A stretch of 62,962 bases of DNA, counting the filler, from Sluysia triapertura (Eukaryota): NCBI GenBank assembly GCA_046118255.1. It is 5 parts of 5 records of this genome, joined end to end, with 100 filler letters (N's around TTAATTAATTAA, not from the genome) between each part and the next. Parts side by side here need not be neighbours in the genome. Positions count along the whole stretch, not along the records: positions 25,135 to 36,129 come from JBJNIA010190397.1; positions 36,230 to 51,380 come from JBJNIA010237108.1; 3 more parts are not named here. One strand, given 5' to 3'. Positions within the stretch are counted from its first letter, which is position 1. Each line of letters starts with the position of its first letter. A program made the translations under genes and the position numbers. Under the pieces are notes generated by a model that worked only from the letters and a program-made list of their open reading frames with translations, did not search any database and had not been told where the DNA came from. This document shows positions 27,863 to 42,421 of the stretch, piece by piece.

Positions 27863-28876
27863 TTAATAATTTATTTCATAATCAATTTACATTATATTTA
27901 ATAACAATTTCATTATTAATAAAAATTATATTTATGAGGAAAAATTGTTTAATATGTGAATAAGGAAAATCAAATAAATAATTAAATGTAATTAGTTGTT
28001 TATAATAAGATGATTAGATATCGTTTCTTGAAAGTTAATATATAGTATACATTAATTCTATTTCAATTTTTAAAAAAAATATTTAATAAATAGCAAACAT
28101 CTAAAAGTATGTATATAGAAAAAAAATTGATTTAACCTTATATTTATACTTAACGGTTGAACTTCTTTTCTACAAATTAAATATAAACGTAAAGTCAATT
28201 TTGTTTCTAAAAACAATTTAATAAACATTAAACAAAAAATTAATACAATCAACAGAGTAAACGGATGATCCAATGTGAATGTGTCGAAGAGTTTTAATTT
28301 TTGTAGAACTTAGGTTTTTTTAGGTATTAATAATAAAGTGATAGATCGAAAGTATGTGTGTGGAAGCTGTTCTTTGCCAACAGAGCTAGAAATGTGATTG
28401 TGTATGTGATGTTATAGTGAAGTATTTCTCAAAAGTTGTGTGTAATTAGTAATGTGCTCGCATAATATAGTGAATAGCCATGAAGATTCTGTAATTTCCA
28501 AAGTGAAAACGTACTAATAATTTCATTTTTCCTTTCAACATATTCTTTAACGAATTACAATTCAGAAATTTTACGAAAAAAATGCAGCCTTAATGTAATA
28601 GTCGCCTTTGCAATCTATCATGGGCAGAATTAAGTAAGGACAACTAGTAAATTAGTTGCTCATTGTTCAAGAAGATTGAAGTTTTATACTAATATCAAAA
28701 ATTAATAATCCTAGGAACATAATGGATCCATTTCTTAAGGTGATTATAATTTGAAATAAAAATCACTTTACTCTAATAAGGGTTGAATATGATGAAAATC
28801 TCAAACATGTAGTAACACATACAAAAAAATTAATTCTTTATAGATTTCTGTAACCTAGATTAATCAATTAAATTTA

Positions 28877-28962
28877 CCGTATTTTCCGGAGTATAAAAGG
28901 CACCTTAAAAAAGATTTTTAATTAAATTTCAGAAAGTGTGCCTTTTAATCCGGAAAATACGA
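28877..28962. mobile_element. 86-bp Tc1/mariner-pogo-type micro-MITE
   Basis: TA flanks; CCGTATTTTCCGGA..TAAAAGGCAC pairs with GTGCCTTTTA.TCCGGAAAATACG. Confidence 0.75.
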
Positions 28963-31900
28963 TACATCTTCCTAGTAGACAATTAAAATCTACATTCTCT
29001 GAATAATCACTTAAAGCAGAAACGATATTCAAACATAGACAATGTCGACAAATGTTCAAATTTCAATTCACAATGTGTAGCTATAATTTGCAAAGTAAAA
29101 GTGTTAGCAGATAATTTTATTTCTACCAACGTCTACAAATTATCGTTATTCCATCGTAACCTGGGATTTCATTTCATTTTCTATGGAACACATAAGTTTA
29201 TTCTGTTAGGTTTTATCCCTTTTTTAAAGAAATGATTGCCAACATACTTAAAATCATTTGTTTTTAAATCAATATTAAATGTAATCTTAAATTTATCTTA
29301 CAAAAAAAGAAATAATTAAAAGCGAATATAAGCAGTGTTTATTAATTAAGTTATATAGTTAAGATTACTCCTTCGACATATTCGTTACTACTTAGAAAAT
29401 AAAAGGTTCACAATCAATCACATAGTCTTATTTATTGTTAAGAAAAAATCCTATAAATCCGTCTTTCCTTAAAAGGTATAACTCATCCTCAGAAAGAACT
29501 ATTTTGTAAAATATTAAGCATTAAAATAATTTATCGGTGAGACTAAAAGGAAAAGCCAAAGCAATTTTCAAAAGGATAATAAAAGAAAGCATGTGCTAGG
29601 TGTTTTATATTTTATTAGTAAAATATAAGTAGTTACAGAGTTCGCCTGCACAACGCGGTTTACGCACAAATTTTCAACTCTTAAGCAGAGAGGATGTTCA
29701 TTGTGCGGTTTAAATTACCTAATAATCTGTATGTCACTTAACAGATTGGGAATAAAAATGTTGAAGATATAATTATTTTAGCTGAAAAGTGCAGTAGTAT
29801 AAAATGGAGCTAACATATTAAATAATTATTCTGAAGCCAAGGTTAACTTAACTGGCAGTTGTAGATTGATTTTAGACGTCAGTAAGAAATCACTTAAGTC
29901 ATGACTAGCGCGTTGTTTTTATTCAAAGGACAATAAATTAATATATTAAGTTATTTATCTAATATCAAATTATATTTTAGTGAAATGTTGAAGCTAAATG
30001 TAAACTAGCTGAAAAATTGTATATTTTAAGTGTGTAGTTTAACTCTTAGTTAAACTATTTAATTAAAACTTACTACTGAATGGGAAAACATATTTGTGGA
30101 TAAATTCGAAATCCTAATGATGTAAAGTTTTAGCTCGAATTAAGGTCTTTTAGTATTATGGTTAAAAATTCTTTTTTACTAAACCAAAAATAGGAAAAAG
30201 TTGAATTCTAAATTTATAAAATTAATCGCACTTCCACCACTAACAGAAGAGATATTATAAAGACTAACTTTAAGTAATTTTACACAATAAGATTAATAAT
30301 TATAAACAAACGATTGAGTAACAATTTAAATATCAATAAAATTTATTTTAAACAAAAGAACAATATTATATTAAATTAACAGTTTTCATTGAAATTGCAA
30401 AAATTAAATTATTATACATAATTTATGATGGATTAGATTATCAAATTATTCTGATAGTTAAAATAGATAATCATATATCAAAGTATTAGTTAAACTAATG
30501 TATGTAATTTCTCATTTCATGGACCTATTGTTTATGAATGCAGTCTTCAGGTTCTACACAAAATAATGATTAGTATCAAATGTAGTTCTCGGAGAAAACC
30601 ATAAGAGCTTCATTTCATAATTGTAAATGTAGTGACGCTAAAAGTAGAATGTTTGGTGGCTATCGAGGAATATTATTTTCAGTTACAATTAAATCAGTAA
30701 ATAAATACTTATAATATGTGTCGTAGAATCCAGTGATCGTAAGTGGCTCGATAAAATAAAAATTGATGATTCCATGCAGTTGTTAAAAATGATTATTGAT
30801 ATTATTTGATATTATTTGATTGATGATATTATTTGATTGATGACAACTCTATAGTTTGCGATTTTTGTCCAATTACAGTTACTTTGCTGTGAATCGTATC
30901 TTCAATATCTTAATACAAGAAATATTTCATATTCAAATACAATCTTCATTTCGATGGACATATGTGAAATTGCATTGCATTCGTTTAATATTTAATTTGT
31001 AATATTATTGTATACCATCAATAGGTTGCTTCTGAATCATAATGCACAGTTCGAAAAATAAACAAGATAAAATCGTTACATTCTTCACTATAATGTTTAT
31101 GTTTGTAAGTGTACAACCATTATAAATGGTTTGTTAACATTTATAAAATGAAATTGATTTTTCTATTATACTAAATATTTATCCAAACATTTGTAAAGTA
31201 CTTAAACTTAAATACTTAAAGTATTTAAATTTTTCTGAATTTGAATAAAGTATATAAACACATATTTTCAGTTAAAGTTTATATGATTTATTAATTTAAT
31301 TTATTAATTTATTATTCAAAATAATCACAAAGTACAATTTATACAATTATATCAAAAATATATAAATTTATAGATTCCATTTTTTTATATAGATTATCTA
31401 TATCTGAGTACTGTTCTGTTTTAGAAATGATACTTCAAAGAGGACTGGCGTTAACATTAAGATTTTTAATTCTTTATTAGCAATAGACAATCTGATATTA
31501 AAAAGCACAAAATTCATTATTGATTATTGTGCAATATCATTATGATTAATGTCAATTTCAGCTACCATTGTAGAATTAGATAAATATATACTATTTACAC
31601 TTAATCTTGAAGATCTGTATCATTTATCACGCAAAACTCAACATTATTGCAAATTAAACTATGTTTAAGATACGCATCTATTATGTTCCTTGTGTGACAA
31701 AATAGGAATCTTATTAAACCTTGAAATTTTTCTTTTTCATTCAATTTATGTAGTACCAATTTTTATCTTACCAATTATTATTATGTCCGGATAGTACATC
31801 GAACAAATTTTAGTGCAGCTTTAAGACATTCATTATATAAAATAAAGTAAGCCGTCTTAAAACTTGCATCTTTCAAATGATCCTTGACAAGATTTATTTT

Positions 31901-32185
31901 AAAAATTTAAAACTTAATTATTTAAATTATTAGTGCAAATTTAATTTAATTATTTTACATTTTTTTAAAATATTTATATTCTTGATTTGGTCAAACTATT
32001 TTTAAGCATGTCTTCACTTTGTAAAAGGTTTAATATTGAATTATAGAGTAATTGATATTTATTTTAAATACATTTTTTCAATATTACATATTATTAGATC
32101 AATACTTATTTCTAGGATTCCTACGAATACTTAATTATTAATTACGAATACTTGACTATTAATAATTTTATTATTATTATTATTA

Positions 32186-32186
<1 letters not shown>

Positions 32187-32236
<50 letters not shown>

Positions 32237-32350
32237 ATATTTTCAATATTAATAGAAAATAGAAATACTTCTGCTGATGATGTCTGAAATAAATATTTTA
32301 TTTTTTATATAGAATATTTTTATTAATATGGATAAGTTCTTAGTACTGTT

Positions 32351-32425
<75 letters not shown>

Positions 32426-32430
32426 ATTAT
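32187..32430. repeat. (AAAT)n run and inverted (AAT)n/(ATT)n microsatellite
   Basis: Direct observation. Confidence 0.9.
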
Positions 32431-32511
32431 TAAAATTTTGAATTTAATTAATATTAAAATTTTATTTACTAAACGTACGTTTTCTCCTTTTGAACGATAA
32501 CATTGAGAATC
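32245..32511 (-). other. Two-exon gene tail, copy B
   Basis: AG|33 nt (DSQCYRSKGEN)|GTACGT at 32511-32479, then CAG|TSSAEVF... from 32283. Confidence 0.45.
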
Positions 32512-34364
32512 CTATTAAAAATTAAATTTGTTATTATATAAAGTAAAATTTTCATAAAACTCCATAATATTTTGTATTATTAATTTATCATTTGTTAATA
32601 TATTTCCGTTATTCAAATAATTTTATTTAAAATAATAAATTAATAAGACTATAAAACTGCAAAATATAGGACACATTTTTACCGAACGTCTTTTTTCGAA
32701 ATATTCAGCACAACAGTATTTTAATGACGTTTCTATTCTTCTTCAGATCATATTAATTTTTGATTTTTTATTTAAAATTGAATCATTAGATTACGAAACT
32801 TCTAGTGTAAATGATAGAAAAAAATAATTTAGTCAATTTGTCGACTATAATCACTATAATTTCCAACAAAATTTAACTTAACGTTGGCAGATATTTTAGA
32901 TTTCGATGTCTCCGTAGGTTGGGTAAAACCATTATTGTTTAAGTGCAAAAGGTGTTAATAAACAGCAATTGTGTGTAGTTCCATTATTTCTGGAATGCCC
33001 AAATGAAAGCCTAAAATACTGCGAGATTGTTTATTTACTAGAACCATAATGAAAAATAATTGAACAATTCCTTCCAACAGGTTATCCAATAGTTGATGTC
33101 TTAAATTCTAGTGGAAGGTATCCTTATATGAATTTAACTAATAAAAAAGGAAGTTTAAGTTTATGAATAAGTTACTTAATTAACCTTTTCGGATATCTCG
33201 CGTCTTGCCACTATATTATTTTCTATTCGACCTTTATGAAATTAAGGCGTGAGAATCCAGGCAATATAAATGTCTTTAAGTATTGTATATAAAACTTAAA
33301 GATACAACTTAGTGTTTCATGCACTAAAAATTTAATAATGATTTTTCTGAGGTTCGTTAAAATTAACCTAGTTACTCAATCATTCATGAATTTAAATGAA
33401 AATTGATAATTAAACAAAATGATATATTAATATGATCAAAAGAATTATTCAACATAAATAGCAAAATATCAATAATAATTTGTGAATTTAGAAAAGATTA
33501 TTTTCAATCAATAATCTTATGTAAATAAAATTTAAAAGTATTTCACTTCATTAACAATATAAATGTTAACCCAAAATTTATTCAAGATTTTGAGTTGATT
33601 TTACTTTGCAATACTAAATAATTGCGTTACAACTTATGCAAACAAAACTGACGGTATATTTAATCTTTTACCAGTAATGAATAAAGTTTTTCGTAAATGT
33701 AAAATTTTGTTTACAAGTCCTAATAACACATATAAACTGATGCAAGAAAAAATTATAAAGGAATCCGTACTAAAAAGTGAACATGATTATGTCATAGCTT
33801 AATATCAAGATTCTATGTGGTTACGCATGTTACTTTGAAAATTACGATGTCCTCTTCGACTCAAGTGAACCAGAGAATAACTTACTAAAATTATATAACA
33901 ATGTTCATAAACCGTACACTGAACTTTAATAATGTCTTACGAAATATTTACGCGTTTTTTCGGAACGCGAATTAACTCAAACCTCTACCCTCATTTCAAT
34001 CACACATCTACATATTTCCTATCATTTCTAACAAATCTTTAAGACAATCTTGTCATTAGCGAGTTCACCAGTTAAACTAAAACATTCAAAACTCACTACG
34101 AATTAAAAACAAACTTTCAAACCATAGAACTCAAAACACCTACCGTAATAACTCGTCAGGCTTGAAGTACAAAATCACATTTAAACAATTTTAAACTTAT
34201 TTTTACATTTAATAAATTGATGATTTATTTTGTAATCTTTTGTAATTATTCAATAAGTCTTGTAATAGGTTCACACTTGTAATGTTTGTGTTCATAATTT
34301 ATATTAAATGAATCTTATATCATTAGTTCGAAAAGAAAATTAAATATAAAATATTTTCATAAAT

Positions 34365-35158
34365 TGGTTTCGTTATCATCGCAATCCTTTCGTATCACTA
34401 AATGAGCTACAAAAAAAACTGAAACCAATAAATTTCTAAAAAAAGAAAATTCATTATTAAAAATAGAAAAATAAGTTTCTAGTAACATCCTAGAATGCTA
34501 TTCATCGTTCATTGGCTGCTAGCTAATTTTCCTATTTCTATCCGACAGTGGCGTTAATTTAGTTATTAGTAAATCTGATTCTGTTCACTGAATAGGAAAA
34601 TTTTTTACGGATTACAATACAATTCCACGCAGTAGTAAGTTGTCTTTATAGGATCGAAATACTAAAATCAACATGAAATATTTTAATTATACTGTTTTTT
34701 GACCCCCATTTCCTGAGAGGAATAATATCATACTAAAATCTAAAAAGAGATCAAATGAATATTCAAAACAAGACTTTAACTCTAAATTTATATCATTTTT
34801 TATCACTTCTCATTTTCTAATATCTCATTTATACAGTAATATTAATAAATTTATTATAATAAACCTTTTGTGTTTATTTTGATAATCTTTCGTAAAAGGA
34901 GATTAGTTGTACATAAGTTTGAGAAAGTTAAGATTGAGATAATTTGAGTTTAATTAGAGAGTAAATGTTGATATTTAAGACCCTCTAAAAATAGATATTA
35001 AGTAAACGTATACAAAGTGAAATTTCGTTAGTAAATAGAGGAAACTTTAATCTAAATATGTACTTTTACATGAACGCCAACTCTACAATAAAAGACGATT
35101 ACTGTAACCGTACCATGATCAGTTTTATTTTGACGTAGGTTGTATTCAGAAAACCACA
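34365..35158 (+). mobile_element. Diverged solo LTR related to 26417 and 52700
   Basis: TCATCGCAA start, TTCATTGGCTG, ACGCCAACT, TTACTGTAACC, TTTTATTTTG.CGTAGGTT and AAAACCACA end. Confidence 0.65.
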
Positions 35159-35599
35159 GTTAATTAAAAACGGCCTATGTGTATTCAATAGAATATGTAT
35201 TTATTGTGCAATTATATTAAGTTAACATTAGGCACACTTTCGATAGAAATCATTACTCTCTAAAATTAAATTTAATTATTGATAAAGTTACATTTATAAA
35301 TAACATTAAAATTAAAACAATTTAATGATAATAAAAAGTATAATTGTGAGAAAAATTTATAAAAGTTTATGATTTAATTACAAAATTTATAAATCAATTG
35401 GTTTATTTTAATAACCAATTAAAAAATGAAAATAAAAAACTTCTAATTTAATTTGACAATAAGTAGTTTAACAGTAGTATAAATATCACTTTCTTTACAA
35501 TAAGCCTCACAAGTAAAAGAACAAGATCAAGTTAGAAAACGAAAAAAGCAACACAATTATGAGCCATCAAGAAAAATTAAAAGAACACTTTGAGAAGAA

Positions 35600-36120
35600 T
35601 AGAAATGATTTTAATGTGAGAAATAATAATTAAAGAATAAAGTTAATAGAATAAAAGTTGATTTAAGATATCATGAGTTCACCAACCTACTGGACTTACC
35701 AGCGAGAGAAAGCCGTTGGATTTTGCGTAAAAGAAAAGTAGCTAAAGTCTCGAAAGTTTAACAGTATTTAAATTCTCTACCGGTACACTTTCAACGTCTG
35801 GAGGTTTTCTTACTGTGTCTATTAATTGTCTAGAAGTTTTATCAATTTAATTTTATAGATACTTTACATAAATCCTATGATAAGGATTCTTTAAAATTTA
35901 ATTACTTTGCTTAACAAAAAACAATCTATATCAAGTAATAATTTCTCTACTTTACAACTACTTACTGTAATATGAAAAGGCAATGCTAACCTTACGAAGA
36001 ATTTATTAATTACAAAATTTAGAAAAATACAACTTTAAAATAACGAATAATAATAATAATACAATAATTTACAGGAATTATCTTTTGTAATTCCAAATAG
36101 TAAAGATTTTATAAATAATT
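35600..36120 (-). repeat. Dispersed repeat family B, copy 2
   Basis: Reverse-complement homology to 8520-9170. Confidence 0.7.
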
Positions 36121-36129
36121 TTACAGTGA

Positions 36130-36229
36130 NNNNNNNNNNNNNNNNNNNNNNNNNNNNNNNNNNNNNNNNNNNNTTAATTAATTAANNNNNNNNNNNNNNN
36201 NNNNNNNNNNNNNNNNNNNNNNNNNNNNN
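36130..36229. other. Artificial contig linker / gap
   Basis: N44-TTAATTAATTAA-N44. Confidence 0.98.
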
Positions 36230-39200
36230 TATTTAGTAAGAGTTTTTTGTATAAGTTTCTAAACTTGAAAAGAAATTAAGTTATAAATTCCGACTCAAAA
36301 TCTCATCTGTACGATTGATCCTTAAGATCGATTAATAAAATCATCTTCAAAATATAAATTCACAAACTTTTTGTTGGTCCTTAAGATCAATCACAACATT
36401 GTTATTATAGGGTGGAGTTTTTTAAAAGCTACATCCTTAATATATTAAAGTGCTTATTGTTTATTATACATTTATTATTGTTGTTTACGATCATATTTTA
36501 TAGTAACATTTTTAGTAATTTTTGCGAATATTAATTTGATAATTGTGTACTTTTACTATTATATATTTTATAACATTTATTTCAATAATTGCATTGCGTT
36601 AGTTGTTGTACAATAAAAATTAGGTTTTCGTGTTATTGTTGTTTACTTTAAGAAATAGAACGTTAAAATATAATTTTAATAATAATCTCACTAAATCATT
36701 TTGTGTTTAATACATTGTAATTCACCTTAGGAAGTTTTACATTTATATTATTATAAACATTGCTTTACCGTAAGAGTAACGAGTTTGCTTGATAATATTA
36801 AAGAAAGACGAAGTATTATATTTTTTAAGGAGTTAATTTTGATAATTACTTTACGTGATTTTTACAGGTACGCCATAGGTAAGTCGTATACTGTAAACGG
36901 ACTCATAAATATTATTTATTTTGCTGTAGGGAAGCTTTTAGGTTAAAAAAGAACCCAGCATTTAGTATTTTTCATTGATAATATATTATGATCAATAACT
37001 CCTCAGTTGAACTTATACGATGAAATTGTATGCATAGTTAAAATAACTTAAATAATTTTAATATCGTATTTTAGCTACTTTTCCCCTAAAATGTCGGTTT
37101 GACAACATTATGTAAGAAACAAATAAAATCAAAAAATAAATATATTAATTATAATTTGAGATATGGCTATATAATGAAGGCATATAAAAATGGAAGAAGA
37201 TTGCTAATTACTTTACAACGTATACAATTTTGATTAAAAATCTTTTGGAGGAGTAATTTTTAGACATTGTTTTTGGTACAAAGGTCTACACGTGATAATT
37301 TAATGATTTATTATTTTTCGACAAGAATTAATTATAATAATACGTGGTTATTAAATTAATTCTTTCAACGAGAGAGTATCATTCTTTATCCTTCCTATTC
37401 AAGAAGCACTAATGTCGCAACTAGATTATTAATTGAAAATGGCTGCTTTTGAGTTGTATTCTAGGTTTTTGTAAGTTTATTATCTTAAGCTCCATCCCTG
37501 TTAAGGTAAATTCACAAAACATTAACCTCTCTTGTTTTGGTTAGGAATGATATCTCTCTAAAATTAAAAAAATGAGTTAGAATCTCGAATTCTAATTCTA
37601 ATTTATATTTGATTATGTTTTTATATATTTACATTATTCAATAATTGTACATTCGAGTCAATTTTAGTTGTGTTTAAAAATTTTAGGTATTTTTTTTAGA
37701 TATCTTAATCTTTGTAAATTATTAAAGAATAAGTTAACTCAATAATATAAAAGTAACAATTTGATTTTTTATAATTCATAATTCGATAAGAGAAATTAAT
37801 AAGATTACAATAAAAGTTACTAGAATTAGTAAAGATTTATATTAAGTTAGTCCACTAAAAAAATCAATTAAGAGTCAGACTAAAAGTAAAAATAATTATC
37901 CAAGAAAGGAAATTAATTAAGGTTAAAGAAGTTCAATTGTCGTAAGATTTTTCGAAAGACATATTGATCAATTAAATTTGAAATACCAGATTTATATACT
38001 CGCATTAAGGAAATACCCGAAAAACTCTGTGGATATGTCGCATTAGGCATAAATCATAGATCGTAGGTGAACCCGAAGTATTTGCACAATTAAGAAAATA
38101 AACTTTTTCATTTAAAACCAGTGCACATTGTAGACAAAAATATTACCAGTATTTTAATTGAGTATTACATCAGCATCTGAAAATACATATAAGTTCTCAG
38201 TACTAAGCTTAAGTTATATCTAAACGTTGATTGCAGGTAAACCTAATTAGAATTTATATTTTGCTAAATAGGTTAGGTAAATTATAGTAAAATGCTTTCA
38301 ATGATAATTTAAATGATTCGTAATTTTTCGGACGCTTTATGTATCGCTTAAATTATCCCAAGATTAATTGTGACTTCAAATTTAAAATTAAGGTGAATAT
38401 TAATAATGCTAAATCTGAACGAAGTTCTGAACATTCAGCATTATTATAAGATACATCAATATCCTCTACTGCATCAACAATTATTTGATTCGATTTTTAA
38501 AATTATATATTCAAATTATATATGGTCTCTTTTATTGTATTGAGATTTGATAAAGAATTTAGTTTGTATAAATTTACTTAATTTGTCCGACCATGATATT
38601 GGCAGGTGAACAGGTCACTATTTTGAGAAATAACACCTCAATAGGCAGTAGAGTACAAACAATTGTTAAATTAACAATGAATGATGAAATGCATGCTTAC
38701 TTCAATACTATAATGCCGCTTATTAGTGTATAATCAAATTGTAATACAACCAAAGCAAAAAATATTTTTGATAGAAAACTTCCAAATAATAAGATTTCCA
38801 TCAAAACTCATCTCCGCGAGCAGATATTAAAAGAATCAATGCAAAATAAAAGTTAATGATAATAATAATAATGTATTTTAAAATTTATTAAAAATAATCG
38901 TTTATTTTGAAAATTGTATAAATTTAATATTTTTGATTTTGAGGTATAACATGATGAATAATAAAGTTAATTTCCAGGTTACTAAAATTAAATACAAATT
39001 ATGAAATTGAAATACAAAATTACGAAATTTGTATTATTTTATATTTTTTAGAAATGGAATTGTGTACTAAAATGAAAATATTCTCAAAAAAGCATTGATA
39101 GTTTTATAAAAAGCATAGATAATGACCTTAATTTTCTCTGGGCATTTGGTTTATCTATTACATATCCTCGAAGTGCGAAGACGAACAATCATATTTATAT

Positions 39201-40567
39201 TTATGAATAAATTCGATTGCACAGAAACTTAATAAAAATTTGAGGTAATATGATAATATGCACATTTGCAAGAAATTATGTTAAAACAAATTATATTTAT
39301 TTACATACAAATCTAACTTATGGTCAATATTTTATATTTTTTAATTATAATCTAATACGTTTTCTTTGAAAAGAATTTGATATTCTATATTTATTTACAT
39401 TAATTAAAATCAAAACTTCATACTTAAATATTACATTTGAATAAAATTAGTTCTAAGTAATTAATTAGAATGTGAAAAATAATTGAAATATTGAAAGCTT
39501 GTACATAGATAAAAAATAATCGAAATTATGAATAAAAAATTCGTCATGTTTTTTCTAAAAATAAAAATTTAAATCAACTAATATCATAAACAACAATAGT
39601 ATTAACAATCATTTTTGGCACATAGAAAATTATTAAACTCATACAAACTGTCGATATTCGCATTCATCTTTATATTATCTGTTTATAAATAGATTTTTAT
39701 TGAATGTGTGCTTTAAATTTTTGATATTCAATAATTGATCCAATGATACATATAAATTGTGTTATAAAATAGATTTAGTTTATCATTAAAATTGATTAAA
39801 TTTATTTTGTTGTAAATCATTCTTTACTTGGTCTGCTATCCGAAGTTATTAACGATTGGAGCTGCCAAGAAAAGGGTGATAAACACCAATTTAATCATCA
39901 AAAGTATTGACTTATTTTCTAACAAGAATTTAGAACATTAGGGTTCGATTTTTATTTCTACACATTTTAATTTTATCCCATCAGAAGCATTCAGATTCTA
40001 AACTAATTTGGCCTTAAATTATTGAAGTCATGTGTATATTTCATAAGTTTTTAAATATCCATATAATAAAACAATTTAAGTAATTCTTCAATAGATCTGA
40101 AGTGACAAAAGGCATTACTAAAGTTGTAATTTTGTTTAATACCGATGAAGTCTCGTTCATATGCGCCTAGTTTCAAACAACTAATAATTTTATCTAATAC
40201 ACGATAAATTTACAAGTTTTAAATATTTTTAAAAATTAAATTGTATTCTACATTTACAATACTCTTGGTTATTTGAATAAATTTATTATTGGTTTTATGC
40301 ATTTTATCTTAAAGTTAAATTTCACTGCGTCTTTTGAACTTTTTTAAAATAATTCAAAGACTAATGCATTTCATTTAAAGTCTAAATATATAAATACTAA
40401 ATACTTTAAAAAAATTTCATAATCATATATTATAAATTTATTATTATATATTTTTTAAAAAAATAATCATTCTAATACTCTTTTTAATATAAAATGTGTT
40501 CTATATACTTTTGAATTCAAGGTCGCATTAGTTTGCAATCTTGTGTTTTAAAAATTAAAATTTTACA

Positions 40568-41027
40568 ATGGCACAAAGTGTTTGTTCATCTGCCACTGAA
40601 GATAATCTCTCAAATAACAATGACAGTTTTAAGAAATATTTGGATGTTTTATTATGTGCTTATCAAGTCATGTCATCCAAATTAAATAATAAATTGAAAA
40701 ATATGAGTTATTTTGATATCATTAATTATGATGAAAATATGGTAGTGTTATTTAATTTTATTTTAATTATGTTTTAGCAACAAAAATGTGATGATGAAAT
40801 AAACAGAAAATATCAGACACCTAAAGGAAAAAAAATACTTAATTTGACTTCAACAGCTAAAAAGCGAATTCATGATACATCAGAATTAAGTGAAAAGGTA
40901 AAATTGATTAACGTTATTATTTTGTCTAGATTTTACAAAAGAAAGCAAAATACGATGATATTTCAGTACGAATGCTATGTGGCAAAGTAAGCATTTCTCA
41001 ATTTTTAAAACACTTTAGCGGCAGTAA
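40568..41027 (+). CDS. Small orphan protein (119 aa, 4 exons)
   Basis: Exons 40568-40741, 40778-40897, 40930-40986 and 41019-41027; three phase-0 GT-AG introns of 36, 32 and 32 nt give an open frame MAQSVCSS...RMLCGKRQ*. Confidence 0.7.
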
Positions 41028-41714
41028 ACTTAAGAATGTTAAGAAAAGAAAAAAAGTGTTCTATTTAACTAAAGGTTTAACTTAATTTATACAATCTAGC
41101 ACATTAACAAAACCAAAAGGGAATAATGATAGTATCAATACAGTTAAATAATTTATTATTTATTTAAATCATAATGATGGGTATCTACTTTTAAATTTGG
41201 AAATAGTTTAAAGTTGCTTAAAATTGTATAAGATTTTTTGTCGTGTTTTACGTTTCTTTTAAAAATTTTCAAATAGAAACTAACAGTATTCAAGAACCTA
41301 TCTTTAAATTCTGGGTGGAACTTTTTCGTCGTATCCGTAGATTATTATATAAACGAATTATTAATTGCTTAATTATAATTATTTTATAACCATTTATTAA
41401 TAAATTAATTAACTAATTAAAATACTGATGTCTATTCTTGTCAATAAATCTTCATACTTGGATTTATCATTGTAAAATGTAACAAGGGATAATTCACGAA
41501 CAAAAGATTAAAATTTGTAATTGATAATGTATTATAATTTGATTCTTCAAAATATAATAATGAACAATTGATACGGTATATTGAATAACACAATCCACAG
41601 GTAAACGTTTACAAAACAAATATATAATTAAGGGTGACGTAGGTTCAGAGAAATTTTACTCTTTATAACAATATATAAAAAGGAAGGTTAATATATAAAA
41701 TAAAGAGATTTTAA

Positions 41715-41835
41715 CGCTAAACGTACTACGTTCGGTCAAATAACCGTTTTTAGTTTTTGTATTGGTTTTTACCATTTTGTAATATGAAGGGTGATGGTAG
41801 AAATAGATATACATCAAACTTTGGTACGTTTAGTG
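41715..41835. mobile_element. 121-bp TTAA-flanked MITE (piggyBac-type)
   Basis: TTAA TSD; TIR CGCTAAACGTAC / GTACGTTTAGTG (11 of 12 match). Confidence 0.7.
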
Positions 41836-42129
41836 TTAAAGCTAGTTTATTATAGCTAAAAGTTATTGAAACAAAACTTACGTTTATACTATTGTCGAAT
41901 ATTCGACAGAATCCACTAATTCAATTATTTCTTAAGAGCTGATATATTTGCATTCTATTTATAAAAAAGTTTGCATTCTTCTTCTAAGCACAATTTGAAT
42001 TTCGAAACTTCGAAACATATATTAGAAATGTTATGACATGGGAAAAAGAATTCAAGACTGTTAAGATCACTAAAAGTAAGAGATGGTAGATATTTAAAAG
42101 ATATTACTTAAATCGTCGAGCAGCGATCA

Positions 42130-42400
42130 TTCAGAAACAAAATATTTTTCATCATCCTGTGGAACCACATAATATTGTAAAGTATCAGGCCATGAATCAT
42201 CTTTGATATAAAACATAGCATGTAACTAAAAAGTTCATCATGACATGTAAACCATTGCATGAAAATAATTGGGTTATAATCAAATCCTTTATGATGAGCT
42301 CAAATATGGCTTTATTGTTTTTTTCATATTTTAATAGCATTACTCTCTAACTCAAGAACATGTATAAAATCAGTATTGATAGCATTGGCAGAGTGGTCAC
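42130..42400 (-). pseudogene. SET/NAP-family (nucleosome assembly protein) C-terminal fragment
   Basis: FMQWFTCHD...(frameshift)...IKDDSWPDTLQYYVVPQDDE, cf. SET FFTWFTDH...IKDDIWPNPLQYYLVP. Confidence 0.65.
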
Positions 42401-42421
42401 TTGGTTCAGATGTTATTATTT

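Noticed and set aside
36373-36390. TGGTCCTT as a BEL/Pao-type PBS
   Set aside because: Only 8 nt match, with no LTR or gag evident nearby.
38575-38856. Coding-like stretch (MILAGEQVTILRNNTS...)
   Set aside because: Internal stop, no family motif and no clear splice sites.
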